Source of the DNA: Hyphomicrobiales bacterium | GTDB taxonomy: Bacteria; Pseudomonadota; Alphaproteobacteria; Rhizobiales; JAJFHB01 | Length of the DNA: 64,000 nt | Assembly: GCA_021775755.1 (NCBI GenBank) | Contig: JAJFHE010000036.1 | Location: forward strand, 52,198-116,197 | Reading direction: 5' to 3' | Part shown: positions 17,816 to 27,237 of the stretch, one piece after another | Numbering within the stretch: position 1 is the first letter of the stretch | How the letters are laid out: each line of letters starts with the position of its first letter | Position numbers and translations under genes: made by a program | Notes under the pieces: generated by a model | Told to the model about the DNA's origin: nothing | What the model saw: the letters and a program-made list of their open reading frames with translations, nothing else | The model's database searches: none

Positions 17816-18665
17816 CAGTCCGCTGCAATGTGCCGACCGGCATGGCATCGGCCACCCCGCGCGGTCGTGCAAGTTTCTGGTCCAACACGATCCAGTCGCC
17901 CTCGAACCCGTCTGAAGGGTCACGGCCCAGTGCCCTGATCGTGCTTTTATGCAGTTCGCGTTCTTCCTGCGAGATCAGGCGGCGGTAACGTATCGGGTGG
18001 GAGTTTACCGGCTCGACGACATAATCGAGCGCGCCGAGCGATCGGATGAATGCATCATCGTCGACATCATAGCGCGGTGCATAGACGAGCCATGGCCGCG
18101 CGCCGAGCGACGTGGCGGTCTCAAGCAGGCGAGCAAGGGCGGGCAGCAAGACGCTGAGCACGGCGCCCGCTTCATAGATAACGTGCGTGCCCTTCAGGAA
18201 CGCCCGCAGGTCTTCCCCCGCTTCCGCCTCCAGCAGATTGTCGTCAAAGCCTTTGTCGATGAGACCGCAGGCGCGGGCGTAGTTGACTGCCTGCGTTGCG
18301 ATGTCGAGGCCGGCGATGTCGAAGCGGTCTTCCCGGTACCGGCGCGAGCCGTAAAATCGCGCGTCCGCCCCGTGCAAATCCTCCGGGGCATCCGTGTCGT
18401 AATAGGAAAAGAGATCGTTCATCGTGACCGTGTGGCGCAGCATTGCGGCGACAGCGCCGAAACCGCAGGCAAAATCAAGAACGTGCAGTTTCGGTACGGA
18501 GAAGGCTTCGGCAATCGCGGCGTGATTGTCGCGCAGGAACCGTGACGTCACATCCGGCATTCTGTAGCCGGCCGGCTTGAGCGCACGATAATAGGCGCGC
18601 GGATCGGGCCGGTTGTAGATTTCATCAAAATCACGATGCGTATTGATGATAATAGTGTCGCTCAA
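17793..18665 (-). CDS. Class I SAM-dependent methyltransferase-like protein
   Basis: Motif I LHVLDFACGFG, motif II IAGLDIATQAV; N-terminal FDEIYNRPDPRAYY; TTG start. Confidence 0.6.
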   Translation of the reverse strand: MSDTIIINTHRDFDEIYNRPDPRAYYRALKPAGYRMPDVTSRFLRDNHAAIAEAFSVPKLHVLDFACGFGAVAAMLRHTVTMNDLFSYYDTDAPEDLHGADARFYGSRRYREDRFDIAGLDIATQAVNYARACGLIDKGFDDNLLEAEAGEDLRAFLKGTHVIYEAGAVLSVLLPALARLLETATSLGARPWLVYAPRYDVDDDAFIRSLGALDYVVEPVNSHPIRYRRLISQEERELHKSTIRALGRDPSDGFEGDWIVLDQKLARPRGVADAMPVGTLQRTDTKGGNY

Positions 18666-18709
18666 TGTGTCCCTGCCCTGTTGCCGCCCGCGAAACTACT
18701 GTGCGGTCC

Positions 18710-19945
18710 TCAAACGAGAAAGCCTGTTACCAAAAAACAGGCACAGGTTACCGCACCGACGACCGGCACCCAAGAGGGCACGGCAAACTGTGGAACCGGT
18801 CCCCCGCTTTGCGTGAACTTCAGCCGGACAAGCGCAAGATTAACCAGCGTGAAGATAACGAGCGCTACGCGCGAGGTCATTTCCGCCAGCCCTTCCAGCG
18901 GAAATCCCAGCGCCAGGACAAGCACCGCCGCAATTACGAGTGCGGTTGCAAAGAGCGGTGTACGGGTGCGCGGATCGACCGTTGAGAGAACCCGCGGCAG
19001 CGTTCCCATGGAGGACATGCCGTAGATCACCCGCGACACCATAATGACCTGAACGATCATCGTATTGAGGGTTGCGAATACGGCGATGACGGTGATCGCC
19101 ACCGGCGATGCACCGGTGACGCGGCGAAACACATCGGCGAGCGGCGCCTGGGAAGCCGCCAGATCGGCAGCGGGTAGCGACAGAACGGATACGGAAACCA
19201 CCAGCACATAAATCACTGTTGTCGCGACAAGCGTTGCAATGATGGCGATGGGCAGATCGCGTTTCGGGTTTCGCGCCTCTTCGGCAACGTTGACAAGGTC
19301 TTCAAATCCGATGAACGCGAAGAACGCGAGGAGACCGGCGGAAAATACCGAAAACCAGACCGTGAGATCGAGTGGCGGCACGAGGCTGCCGAACTGCAGG
19401 GCAATGCCGGGATTGGCGGCAAAGCCCGCAGCAATAATGACGCACAGGCCACCGATTTCAATGACCGTAAACAGCGCGGCGAGCATAACGGATTCAAGAA
19501 TTCCCCATGCGGCAACCAACCCGACCACCACAATAATCGCAGGGATCAGCAGCGTCGCCGGCAGGTCAACAAACTCGCGCAGGTAACCGGCGCACCCCAG
19601 CGCGATTGCGGAAGACGATATGGTGCCCGACGCAATGACCAGAGCGCCGGTTACAAAAGACAGGGAACTGGATCCGAACCCCTCGCGCACATAGGCCGCC
19701 TCGCCCGCGCTTACCGGAAATCGCGCCGACAACTCGCCGAAACTCAATGCCGTAAAGGCCATAACCACAGCCGACACGACAAACGACGCCGGGGCATAGA
19801 TACCGGCCCGCGCCGCCGTCGCCCCGACAAGCACGTAAATGCCGGCGCCCACCGTAACGCCGAGGCCGTAAAGCACAAGGAGCGGCAGGTTCAAAGACCG
19901 TTTGAGCGTGGCATCGGTGGCCGTCATGACAACGGGGGCCTCCAT
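18710..19945 (-). CDS. APC family amino-acid permease
   Basis: YGLGVTVGAGIY, SAGEAAYV, FAFIGFEDLVNVAEE; 11-12 TM segments. Start could be 19927. Confidence 0.92.
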   Translation of the reverse strand: MEAPVVMTATDATLKRSLNLPLLVLYGLGVTVGAGIYVLVGATAARAGIYAPASFVVSAVVMAFTALSFGELSARFPVSAGEAAYVREGFGSSSLSFVTGALVIASGTISSSAIALGCAGYLREFVDLPATLLIPAIIVVVGLVAAWGILESVMLAALFTVIEIGGLCVIIAAGFAANPGIALQFGSLVPPLDLTVWFSVFSAGLLAFFAFIGFEDLVNVAEEARNPKRDLPIAIIATLVATTVIYVLVVSVSVLSLPAADLAASQAPLADVFRRVTGASPVAITVIAVFATLNTMIVQVIMVSRVIYGMSSMGTLPRVLSTVDPRTRTPLFATALVIAAVLVLALGFPLEGLAEMTSRVALVIFTLVNLALVRLKFTQSGGPVPQFAVPSWVPVVGAVTCACFLVTGFLV

Positions 19946-20001
19946 GAGTCGATCGGAAGTGCTGACAAAGCTAACTCATAGATCGAACACCGATGGAATT
20001 C

Positions 20002-20015
20002 TTGATGTATGTCAA
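20002..20015. promoter_or_regulatory. FNR/FixK-type box upstream of the APC permease
   Basis: TTGAT-GTAT-GTCAA, one mismatch from TTGAT-N4-ATCAA, about 57 nt upstream of the permease start. Confidence 0.5.
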
Positions 20016-20109
20016 TGGTGTGAAAAGAGAGTGCTGCCTGCATGCTGCAACCATTGTTGCAGACTAAAGCAGCTGGCCGGCTTGTGTTTGACGGAGCTGT
20101 TTCGGGCAG

Positions 20110-21120
20110 TCAAGCGGTCTGCATTGCCGTCGTGCCGTAGGTCAGGCCGATGGACTTCAACCATCGCCGATACTCGACAGCGGTACGATCAGATGGCAGA
20201 TGCATTTCCGATCCCGCATCAATGGGCAGGAGCTTGGGGCGCTGGCTTTCGACTATCACCACGTCCTGCCCGATGATCGTATCAGTGAAGGAACTGACCT
20301 CTTCGGCAGTATCCAGTTCGTCGTAGTTCGACGCGAGCAGAACCCAGCCGATGCCGCGGTCCGGCGCGACGGGCGTCACCGTTAATACGATAGCTTCCGT
20401 CGCCGCAGAGCCGTCGGAGCGCTTGATTCCGAGATCCTTTTTCAACCGCGCAGTATACGGTCTCGGCACATAATACTCATACCCGACCTCCATACCCTCT
20501 ACATCGAGAGCATTGGTCGGCTTCGGCTGCCACGCCTTCACATTGGTTACGGCAACACCGTCCGGTCCGACCGTAACGTCGTAATCCATGACTTCGGTGT
20601 GCTCTTTGTCGCCGAGATAGTCAGTATGCACGAACGGAAAGTGCGAGATGTCGAGAAAGTTCTCGATGCCGCGCAAACCGCTGGTTTCGTATTGATAGCG
20701 CCCGCCAAAAAAAATCGTGTGGGTCCCTTCATCGGCTTCGGGAAAGGGCGGAACATCGTGCTTGGGCTCGCCAAGGCAGACCCAGATCAGGCCGTAAGCC
20801 TCCTTCACCTGAAAGGCGCGTGCGCGCGCCCTGGGCGTTGGCTGCTGGTTCTGGTGAGCAGGATAATGGACGCACTGCCCATCACCTTCATACTGCCAGC
20901 CGTGATAGGGACACACGAGACGGTTGTCGCAAACCTTGCCGAGTGAAAGTTTCACACCACGATGGGCGCACTTGTCTTCCCACGCGCAAAGTGCTTGCGA
21001 CGAGCGCCACAAGATGACGTCCGAGCCCAGAAGCTCGACCGGAAATAAACCACCTTCAGGGACATCGCCGCTTCGAGCGACAGCGTGCCAATCGTTCAGA
21101 ACAACCGGATCAACATGCAT
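20110..21120 (-). CDS. Rieske non-heme iron oxygenase, methylxanthine N-demethylase (NdmC-like)
   Basis: Rieske CAH...CPYH; mononuclear Fe ENFLDISHFPFVH and IIGQD; SGLRGIENFLD, TEVMDYDV and YRRWLKSIGLTYG recall Pseudomonas NdmC (from memory). Confidence 0.8.
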   Translation of the reverse strand: MHVDPVVLNDWHAVARSGDVPEGGLFPVELLGSDVILWRSSQALCAWEDKCAHRGVKLSLGKVCDNRLVCPYHGWQYEGDGQCVHYPAHQNQQPTPRARARAFQVKEAYGLIWVCLGEPKHDVPPFPEADEGTHTIFFGGRYQYETSGLRGIENFLDISHFPFVHTDYLGDKEHTEVMDYDVTVGPDGVAVTNVKAWQPKPTNALDVEGMEVGYEYYVPRPYTARLKKDLGIKRSDGSAATEAIVLTVTPVAPDRGIGWVLLASNYDELDTAEEVSSFTDTIIGQDVVIVESQRPKLLPIDAGSEMHLPSDRTAVEYRRWLKSIGLTYGTTAMQTA

Positions 21121-21196
21121 CGTACTTGCTCCAGGCTGAGGTACGGTCCCCGCCCGTGGGAAAGCTTCAGGCAGGAACCGAACGTCGCGTATTACG

Positions 21197-22279
21197 TCAT
21201 TCAGGCAAGGTTCCCTCGACGCCCTCTACGTACCAGTTCATGGAATAGAGATCGGCGTCGGGAATGACAGTTCCTGCAGCTATGCGCTCAGTGCCTGACT
21301 GGTCGCGCACTGGCCCCTGGAAGGGGTGGAATGTTCCCGCCACGATTTCAGCCTGACGGGCTTCGACCTGTGCCACCACATCCTGCGGAACCATTGGCCC
21401 CAACGGCGCGATGGCAAGCACACCCTGCGCCATGGAATCCCACATGGGCGCGTTGGTCCACGTTCCATCAATGACGCTGCCCGTCACACGGGTGTAGAAA
21501 TCGCCCCAGACCGGAATGACCGCGGTCAACTGCGAGTCCGGCCCGAACTGTGCCCGGTCGGAATGAAATCCGATAACCATTTTGCCGGCTTTTTGTGCGG
21601 CAAGGGTTGGCGCGGTCGAGTCCGTAACATGTGCGACGATATCCACACCTTGCGCAAACAGGGCATCCGACGCTTCGCGTTCACGGCCCGGGTCGTACCA
21701 GGAGTTGACTTCGATCACCTTGACTACGACGTCCGGATTCATTGCCCGTGCGCCCAGCGCAAACCCGTTTATGATCTGCAACACGGCGGGCAGCGGAAAC
21801 GACGACACATAGCCAATGGTTCCGGTTTTCGTCATCGCTCCGGCAACCATTCCGGCAAGGTATGACGGCTCATAGTAACGTAGCGAGTAGGTAGCCATGT
21901 TGTCGGCGGATTTATAGCCGTCGAGATGCATGAACGTGGCATCCGGATATAGGCCGGCCACTTCGAGCGTCTGATCCATGAACCCGAACGATGTCGTGTA
22001 AACGAGACCGTGCCCGTCCGCCGCGAGTTGCCGGATAACCCGAAGAGCGTCGGGCCCATAGGCGACATTTTCCACGATGGTTGCCGAGACCGCATCACCC
22101 AGCGCTTCTTCCATAACTCGGCGGCCTTTGTCATGTTCGGCTGTCCAGCCAGTTTCTCCCACCGGGCTGAAGTACACAAACCCGACTTTGAGAGGTTCAG
22201 CCACAGCACCGGTCGGCGCTCCGAGCAGACCGTAGGCGGCCAGCAAGGCGGCTATGCTATGCAGCAAGTATCTAAGCAT
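21197..22279 (-). CDS. BMP family (purine/nucleoside) ABC transporter substrate-binding protein
   Basis: KVGFVYFSPVGETGWT, TTSFGFMD, SWYDPGRE; signal peptide; GGAGG SD before ATG 22279. Confidence 0.93.
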   Translation of the reverse strand: MLRYLLHSIAALLAAYGLLGAPTGAVAEPLKVGFVYFSPVGETGWTAEHDKGRRVMEEALGDAVSATIVENVAYGPDALRVIRQLAADGHGLVYTTSFGFMDQTLEVAGLYPDATFMHLDGYKSADNMATYSLRYYEPSYLAGMVAGAMTKTGTIGYVSSFPLPAVLQIINGFALGARAMNPDVVVKVIEVNSWYDPGREREASDALFAQGVDIVAHVTDSTAPTLAAQKAGKMVIGFHSDRAQFGPDSQLTAVIPVWGDFYTRVTGSVIDGTWTNAPMWDSMAQGVLAIAPLGPMVPQDVVAQVEARQAEIVAGTFHPFQGPVRDQSGTERIAAGTVIPDADLYSMNWYVEGVEGTLPE

Positions 22280-22426
22280 TCTGTTTCCTCCATCACCAAT
22301 CGGCGGCGCACATGGCATTTTCCAACGCAACGCGCGCGGCCGAACCCCGCCGACATTACGGGGCACATGAACGCCCAGCGCAAGTGATGCCGCGGTTCAA
22401 TGCAGTTTGAGAAACAAATTGTGCGC

Positions 22427-23431
22427 TCAGGAAAAAGAATCGTCGTCTGTGACATTAGAAACAGCAACCGCCGAGCGGACATCACGTGGCGTTTTCCCAA
22501 AATGCCTGCGGAATGCCGTCGAAAAATGGGCCGTATTGCGAAATCCGCACTGCAGACCGACGGTTCCGATGGGAACAGCTGCAAGTTTTTGATCCTGCAA
22601 GGTGCGGTGGGCGCTGTTTAACCGGCGCTCACGTATCCAACTTCCCGGTGATGCGTTCTCACCGCGAAACAGTTCGTAGAGATATCGTTCCGATACATCG
22701 TTGGCATTGGCGATTTTCTCCACCGAAAGATCCGTATCGGACAGATGGTGTTCGATGTAATCCTTGATACGCCGTAGCCGCGCAAAGCGGACTGCGGTGG
22801 CCGCCTCCGATTGCTGGCCATGTTTGCCGTCCAGCGCAACCGCCAGGATATCTAGCATGCGGTGAGCCATCGCGGTTCGGGTGGAGTCGTCCAGACTGTC
22901 AATGTTCCGGGCCAGCGATATGAGAAAATCACAGGCAACCCTGAAAGCCGTATTGTCGATACGCAGAGCTTGTGCGCAGTAGTCCTCGGCCATTCCGACA
23001 CGCTCACGAAAAAGCTGCGCCGGTATCTTGAGCAAAAGCGCTCCGGCTTCCGCGGTGTGCAGATACTCGACCTCATCCATTGTTGAGTGCAGAGTTGCCG
23101 CTTTCCAGTCGACAACAACGTCGCGGCCGAACTGGGACATGTGAAACGTTCCCTGCGTCGCAATTGTCAGTATGTACGATTCCCGTTTTTCCCTCCCGAG
23201 CGTCCGCCGCGTTTGCCGACCCTTATAGGGATCACTCTGGATATGGCGCAGACCCAACGGGCCGAGTTCAGACGACACGACGCGAGCGTGAAAGTCAGAC
23301 CCCTTCGGCGTTGCAACCTGCATGGGGCTGCACAGACCCCACATAACCTCGGCCCACTGCTCAACGCGATGATCAGCCGGGATGCTGCCGGTATCGAGGC
23401 GAAGTGGCATGTTGATGGCTTTTTGCTCCAT
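22427..23431 (-). CDS. AraC family regulator (FeaR/NphR-like sensing domain)
   Basis: C-terminal SVEKIANANDVSERYLYELF and CGFRNTAHFSTAFRRHFGKTPRDVR. Confidence 0.9.
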   Translation of the reverse strand: MEQKAINMPLRLDTGSIPADHRVEQWAEVMWGLCSPMQVATPKGSDFHARVVSSELGPLGLRHIQSDPYKGRQTRRTLGREKRESYILTIATQGTFHMSQFGRDVVVDWKAATLHSTMDEVEYLHTAEAGALLLKIPAQLFRERVGMAEDYCAQALRIDNTAFRVACDFLISLARNIDSLDDSTRTAMAHRMLDILAVALDGKHGQQSEAATAVRFARLRRIKDYIEHHLSDTDLSVEKIANANDVSERYLYELFRGENASPGSWIRERRLNSAHRTLQDQKLAAVPIGTVGLQCGFRNTAHFSTAFRRHFGKTPRDVRSAVAVSNVTDDDSFS

Positions 23432-23505
23432 GCAAAAAGCTTAGTGCATCCGCACGGCAAAGGTAAATGGGGATGCCAGTCCGCCACGGGCGCCGCACGC
23501 GCCCG

Positions 23506-24429
23506 TCATGGCCGGAATGGCACGGCAAGGGACGCCGGTGTGTTGAGAAGTATTCTTGCCCGATCAGACGAGATGATAACCAGAACCGCAATTGTCGCGG
23601 CGTAGGGCAACATGGTGAGGAACTGCGTGGGAATTCCCAGATTGGCGCTCTGGATGTGAAACTGCAAGATTGTTACCCCGCCGAAAAGCAGCGCGCCGAA
23701 CATGATCCGCGTGGGGTTCCATGCCGCGAAAACGACAAGCGCCACGGCGATCCAGCCGCGCCCGGCCGTCATGTTTTCCACCCAGACCGGCGTGTAGTAG
23801 ACCGACAGGAAAGCGCCCGCGACCCCCGCCATTGCACCGCCGAACATGACAGCCAGATATCGAACACCCAGAACGCTGAAACCGATTGCGTGGGCCGCGT
23901 CCGGCACATCCCCTACGGCGCGCAACATCAAACCGGGACGGCTTTTGTAAAGAAACCAGCGAACGCAAAAGAACAGCACAATGGTCACGTAGGTCAGCGG
24001 TTCCAGACCAAGCAGGAAAGTTCCGAGAATTGTCACATCGCTGATGAAGGGCACCACTAACGGCCCGGAGACTTCAAGCGATACGCCCGTAAAACCCGAC
24101 CCGATATACGCGCTCACGCCAATACCGAAAATTGTCAGCGCCAGTCCTGTGGCAACTTGATTCGCCATGCAGCTTAAGGTGAGAAATGCGAACACAAGCG
24201 ACATCAACGCACCGGCGAGTGCGCCACACACAGTGCCTAACAATAAACTTCCAGATGAGGCCGCGACGGCAAACGCAACACTGGCACCAACCAGCATCAT
24301 TCCTTCGACGCCGAGATTGAGCACGCCCGAGCGCTCCGCAACCAGCTCGCCGAGGCTGGCTAGCATCAACGGCGTGGCTGCGGTCACGGTCGCAATGAGC
24401 AGTATGACGATGAAGTTGATTTCAGCCAT
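23506..24429 (-). CDS. Nucleoside/purine ABC transporter permease
   Basis: LGELVAERSGVLNLGVEGMML, AGRGWIAVALVVFAAWNP. Confidence 0.92.
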   Translation of the reverse strand: MAEINFIVILLIATVTAATPLMLASLGELVAERSGVLNLGVEGMMLVGASVAFAVAASSGSLLLGTVCGALAGALMSLVFAFLTLSCMANQVATGLALTIFGIGVSAYIGSGFTGVSLEVSGPLVVPFISDVTILGTFLLGLEPLTYVTIVLFFCVRWFLYKSRPGLMLRAVGDVPDAAHAIGFSVLGVRYLAVMFGGAMAGVAGAFLSVYYTPVWVENMTAGRGWIAVALVVFAAWNPTRIMFGALLFGGVTILQFHIQSANLGIPTQFLTMLPYAATIAVLVIISSDRARILLNTPASLAVPFRP

Positions 24430-25522
24430 TCCCATGCGGCTCCGATAGTCCAGAGGCCGTTGAGAATCCGGTCCACTTCAGTTTGTAGGAGATCAGCAAG
24501 TCCGACATCAGCAGGAAGAACAGAAGCGTGCCCTGAAAGATTCCGGTGATTGCGGACGGCACTCCCAGTGTTACTTTTGCCTGTTCGCCGCCGATGTAGA
24601 ACAGCGCCATCAGCAAACTTGCCAGCACGATACCCAGCGGGTTGAGGCGCCCGATATAGGCCACAATGATTGCGGCGAACCCGTATCCCGGCGACACGAC
24701 CTCGCGCAGTTTGCCGATGGTACCGGCCACCTCGACAACACCTGCCAGACCCGCACATGCACCTCCTATCAACAATCCCATCCAAATCATGCGGTGGCGG
24801 CCGAAGCCAGCGTAACGCGCCGCCTTGATCGCCTTACCTCCGACTTCCATCTGATACGCGAGATAACTGTGTCTGATGAACAGCCAGGCTGCGCACGCGA
24901 CAACGAGAGCGATGGGGAAACCCAAATTCAAGTGTGTCCCTGCAAGCAATCTTGGCAGGCGCGCAGCCTCATGAAGCGCGGTGGATTCGGGCCAGTTGAA
25001 CCCGGTCGGGCTTCGCCAGGGCCCATAAACCAAATAGCTGAGAAACAAACCCGCAATATACGTGAGCATCAGCGTTACGAGAATTTCATTGGCGTTGAAC
25101 CTGATGCGCAGGAACGCGGCGACAGCGGCCCAAGCCATGCCCCCCAGTGCGCCGGCGACAAACATCGCAGGCAGCACCCAAATACCGTCGAAGGCCTGAA
25201 GCTGGAGGGCCAGGCCGCCGCCGCAAATTGCGCCGGCAATGAGTTGCCCCTCGGCACCAATGTTCCAGACATTTGCGCGGAAGCCGATGGCGAGCCCGAT
25301 TGCGCAGAGCAATATGGGGGACGTTTTGAGACAAAGTTCTCCGATGCCGTAAAGATCACTCACCGGAACGATAAAGAAAACGTAGAATGCGTATGCCGGA
25401 TCATGGCCAATAAACAGGAAAAGCAAACTCCCCGCCGCCATCGCGAGCAGGGCGGAGAGGAGTGGCGCGGCGTGTTTCATGAAACGGGAAGTTTCCGCCC
25501 GGGGCTCGATTCTGAAGAGCAT
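24422..25522 (-). CDS. Nucleoside/purine ABC transporter permease
   Basis: FRANVWNIGAEGQL, NEILVTLML, PGYGFAAIIVAYIGRLNP; start chosen just after the ATPase stop. Confidence 0.92.
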   Translation of the reverse strand: MLFRIEPRAETSRFMKHAAPLLSALLAMAAGSLLFLFIGHDPAYAFYVFFIVPVSDLYGIGELCLKTSPILLCAIGLAIGFRANVWNIGAEGQLIAGAICGGGLALQLQAFDGIWVLPAMFVAGALGGMAWAAVAAFLRIRFNANEILVTLMLTYIAGLFLSYLVYGPWRSPTGFNWPESTALHEAARLPRLLAGTHLNLGFPIALVVACAAWLFIRHSYLAYQMEVGGKAIKAARYAGFGRHRMIWMGLLIGGACAGLAGVVEVAGTIGKLREVVSPGYGFAAIIVAYIGRLNPLGIVLASLLMALFYIGGEQAKVTLGVPSAITGIFQGTLLFFLLMSDLLISYKLKWTGFSTASGLSEPHGNG

Positions 25523-25526
25523 GACT

Positions 25527-27068
25527 TCAGGCTCCCGCCGCGTTCGCGGGGACCGGTTCATGCTCACCGCTCATCAAACGGCCGATTTCCGCAATGCTGG
25601 TCTCACCGACCGCACGGGCCTCGGAAATGCGCCCGTTGGCCATAACAGCAATGCGGTCGCACAGTTCGAGAAGTTCGTCGAGATCTTCTGAAATAACCAA
25701 TATGGCAACGCCGCTTGCGCGCAGTTTCAGCAAGATCTGACGAATGGACTGTGCGGCGCCCACATCCAAACCCCAAGTCGGCTGCGCGGCAACGACAACT
25801 CCTGGCGCCTGCAACAGTTCGCGGCCAACGATAAACTTCTGCAGGTTTCCGCCGGACAGAGCTTCAGCGCTTATTGCGTAAGTTGCCGGGCGCACATCGA
25901 ACTCCTCAATGCATTTGCTGGCAAACTGTCGTACCGCATCCATGCGGATCACGCCCCATCGAACAAACTTGCCGACCTGTACCGTCAGCAGACCGTTCTT
26001 GACCAGAGACATGCCGGGAACAGAGCCCTGCCCGAGCCGTTCTTCGGGAATGTACACGAGGCCAAGCCGGCGCCGGCGCGTCACGCCAAGGCGTGCAGCG
26101 GCGGTACCGTCAATGCATACGTTGCGTGCGCTGGGGCTTTGCCATTCGCCACTCACGGCTTCCAACAATTCAGCTTGTCCGTTGCCGGTGATGCCCGCGA
26201 TTCCAAGAATCTCTCCCCCAAAAACTGTCAGGTTTATGTTCTCAAGATCTACACCGTGAACCGTCTCGGCCCTGCGCGACAGCGACTCTACGATCAGGCG
26301 CTGCGCCCCACTTTCTGCGCTAGTGCCCTTCGAAAGGGAAGGCACGAGTGTCCCCAGCATGTGGTGCGCAAGGCTCGCATCTGTTTCCTGGCGCGGGTCA
26401 ACTGTCGCAACGACCTTGCCATGGCGAAGGATCGTTGCGGTGTCACACAGCTGGCGAATTTCATGGAGCTTGTGACTGATGTAGAGAATGCTGTGCCCGG
26501 CATCGGCGAGGCGTGTAAGCATCACAAAAAGTTCCTGAATGGCCTGTGGTGTGAGGACAGACGTCGGCTCATCCAAGATGAGGAGCTTTGGCTCCTGCAA
26601 CAGGCACCGGACAATTTCGACCCGCTGTCGCTCACCAACCGACAGCATACCGACGGTGGCATCCGGGTTAACCGGCAATCCGTACTCTTGCGAAAGCTCG
26701 GAAATCCGCGCTGCAAGTTCCTGCCGCCGGGTACCTTTGGGCGACAGCAGCAATATGTTTTCCAGCACGGTGAGGGCTGGAAATACAGAAAAGTGCTGGA
26801 ACACCATCCCGATACCGAGCCGACGCGCGTACGCCGGCGAGCCAACCACCTCGGGTTTTCCCTCCCACAAAATGGTACCGGCGTCGGGCCTCGCAACACC
26901 ATAAATGACTTTCATCAACGTGCTTTTTCCAGCTCCGTTCTCACCCAGAACAGCATGAATAGAGCCGGGCGCCACCGTTAGGCTTACGGCATCGTTGGCA
27001 ACCACTGTGGGGTACGACTTTGTGATTTTCCTCAGCTCTAACCGAGGTATCGATTTCGAGTTTGCCAC
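25527..27068 (-). CDS. Nucleoside/purine ABC transporter ATP-binding protein (two NBDs)
   Basis: Walker A GENGAGKST, LSVGERQRVEI, ILDEPT, second domain LSGGNLQK; probable GTG start at 27068. Confidence 0.93.
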   Translation of the reverse strand: MANSKSIPRLELRKITKSYPTVVANDAVSLTVAPGSIHAVLGENGAGKSTLMKVIYGVARPDAGTILWEGKPEVVGSPAYARRLGIGMVFQHFSVFPALTVLENILLLSPKGTRRQELAARISELSQEYGLPVNPDATVGMLSVGERQRVEIVRCLLQEPKLLILDEPTSVLTPQAIQELFVMLTRLADAGHSILYISHKLHEIRQLCDTATILRHGKVVATVDPRQETDASLAHHMLGTLVPSLSKGTSAESGAQRLIVESLSRRAETVHGVDLENINLTVFGGEILGIAGITGNGQAELLEAVSGEWQSPSARNVCIDGTAAARLGVTRRRRLGLVYIPEERLGQGSVPGMSLVKNGLLTVQVGKFVRWGVIRMDAVRQFASKCIEEFDVRPATYAISAEALSGGNLQKFIVGRELLQAPGVVVAAQPTWGLDVGAAQSIRQILLKLRASGVAILVISEDLDELLELCDRIAVMANGRISEARAVGETSIAEIGRLMSGEHEPVPANAAGA

Positions 27069-27237
27069 TACCCGATGCTCCGCTAACACCCCCACACGAC
27101 GCGGCAGACTGTGCGAAAACCTATGCCAGTACAACCGTGAAAATTCAACTTGACGCGGTATGGGCACACCGGTGCACGATCTGAAGCCCACTGTGCCAGC
27201 GTGATCCGATCCGCGGAAATACCATAAGGAATAGCCC

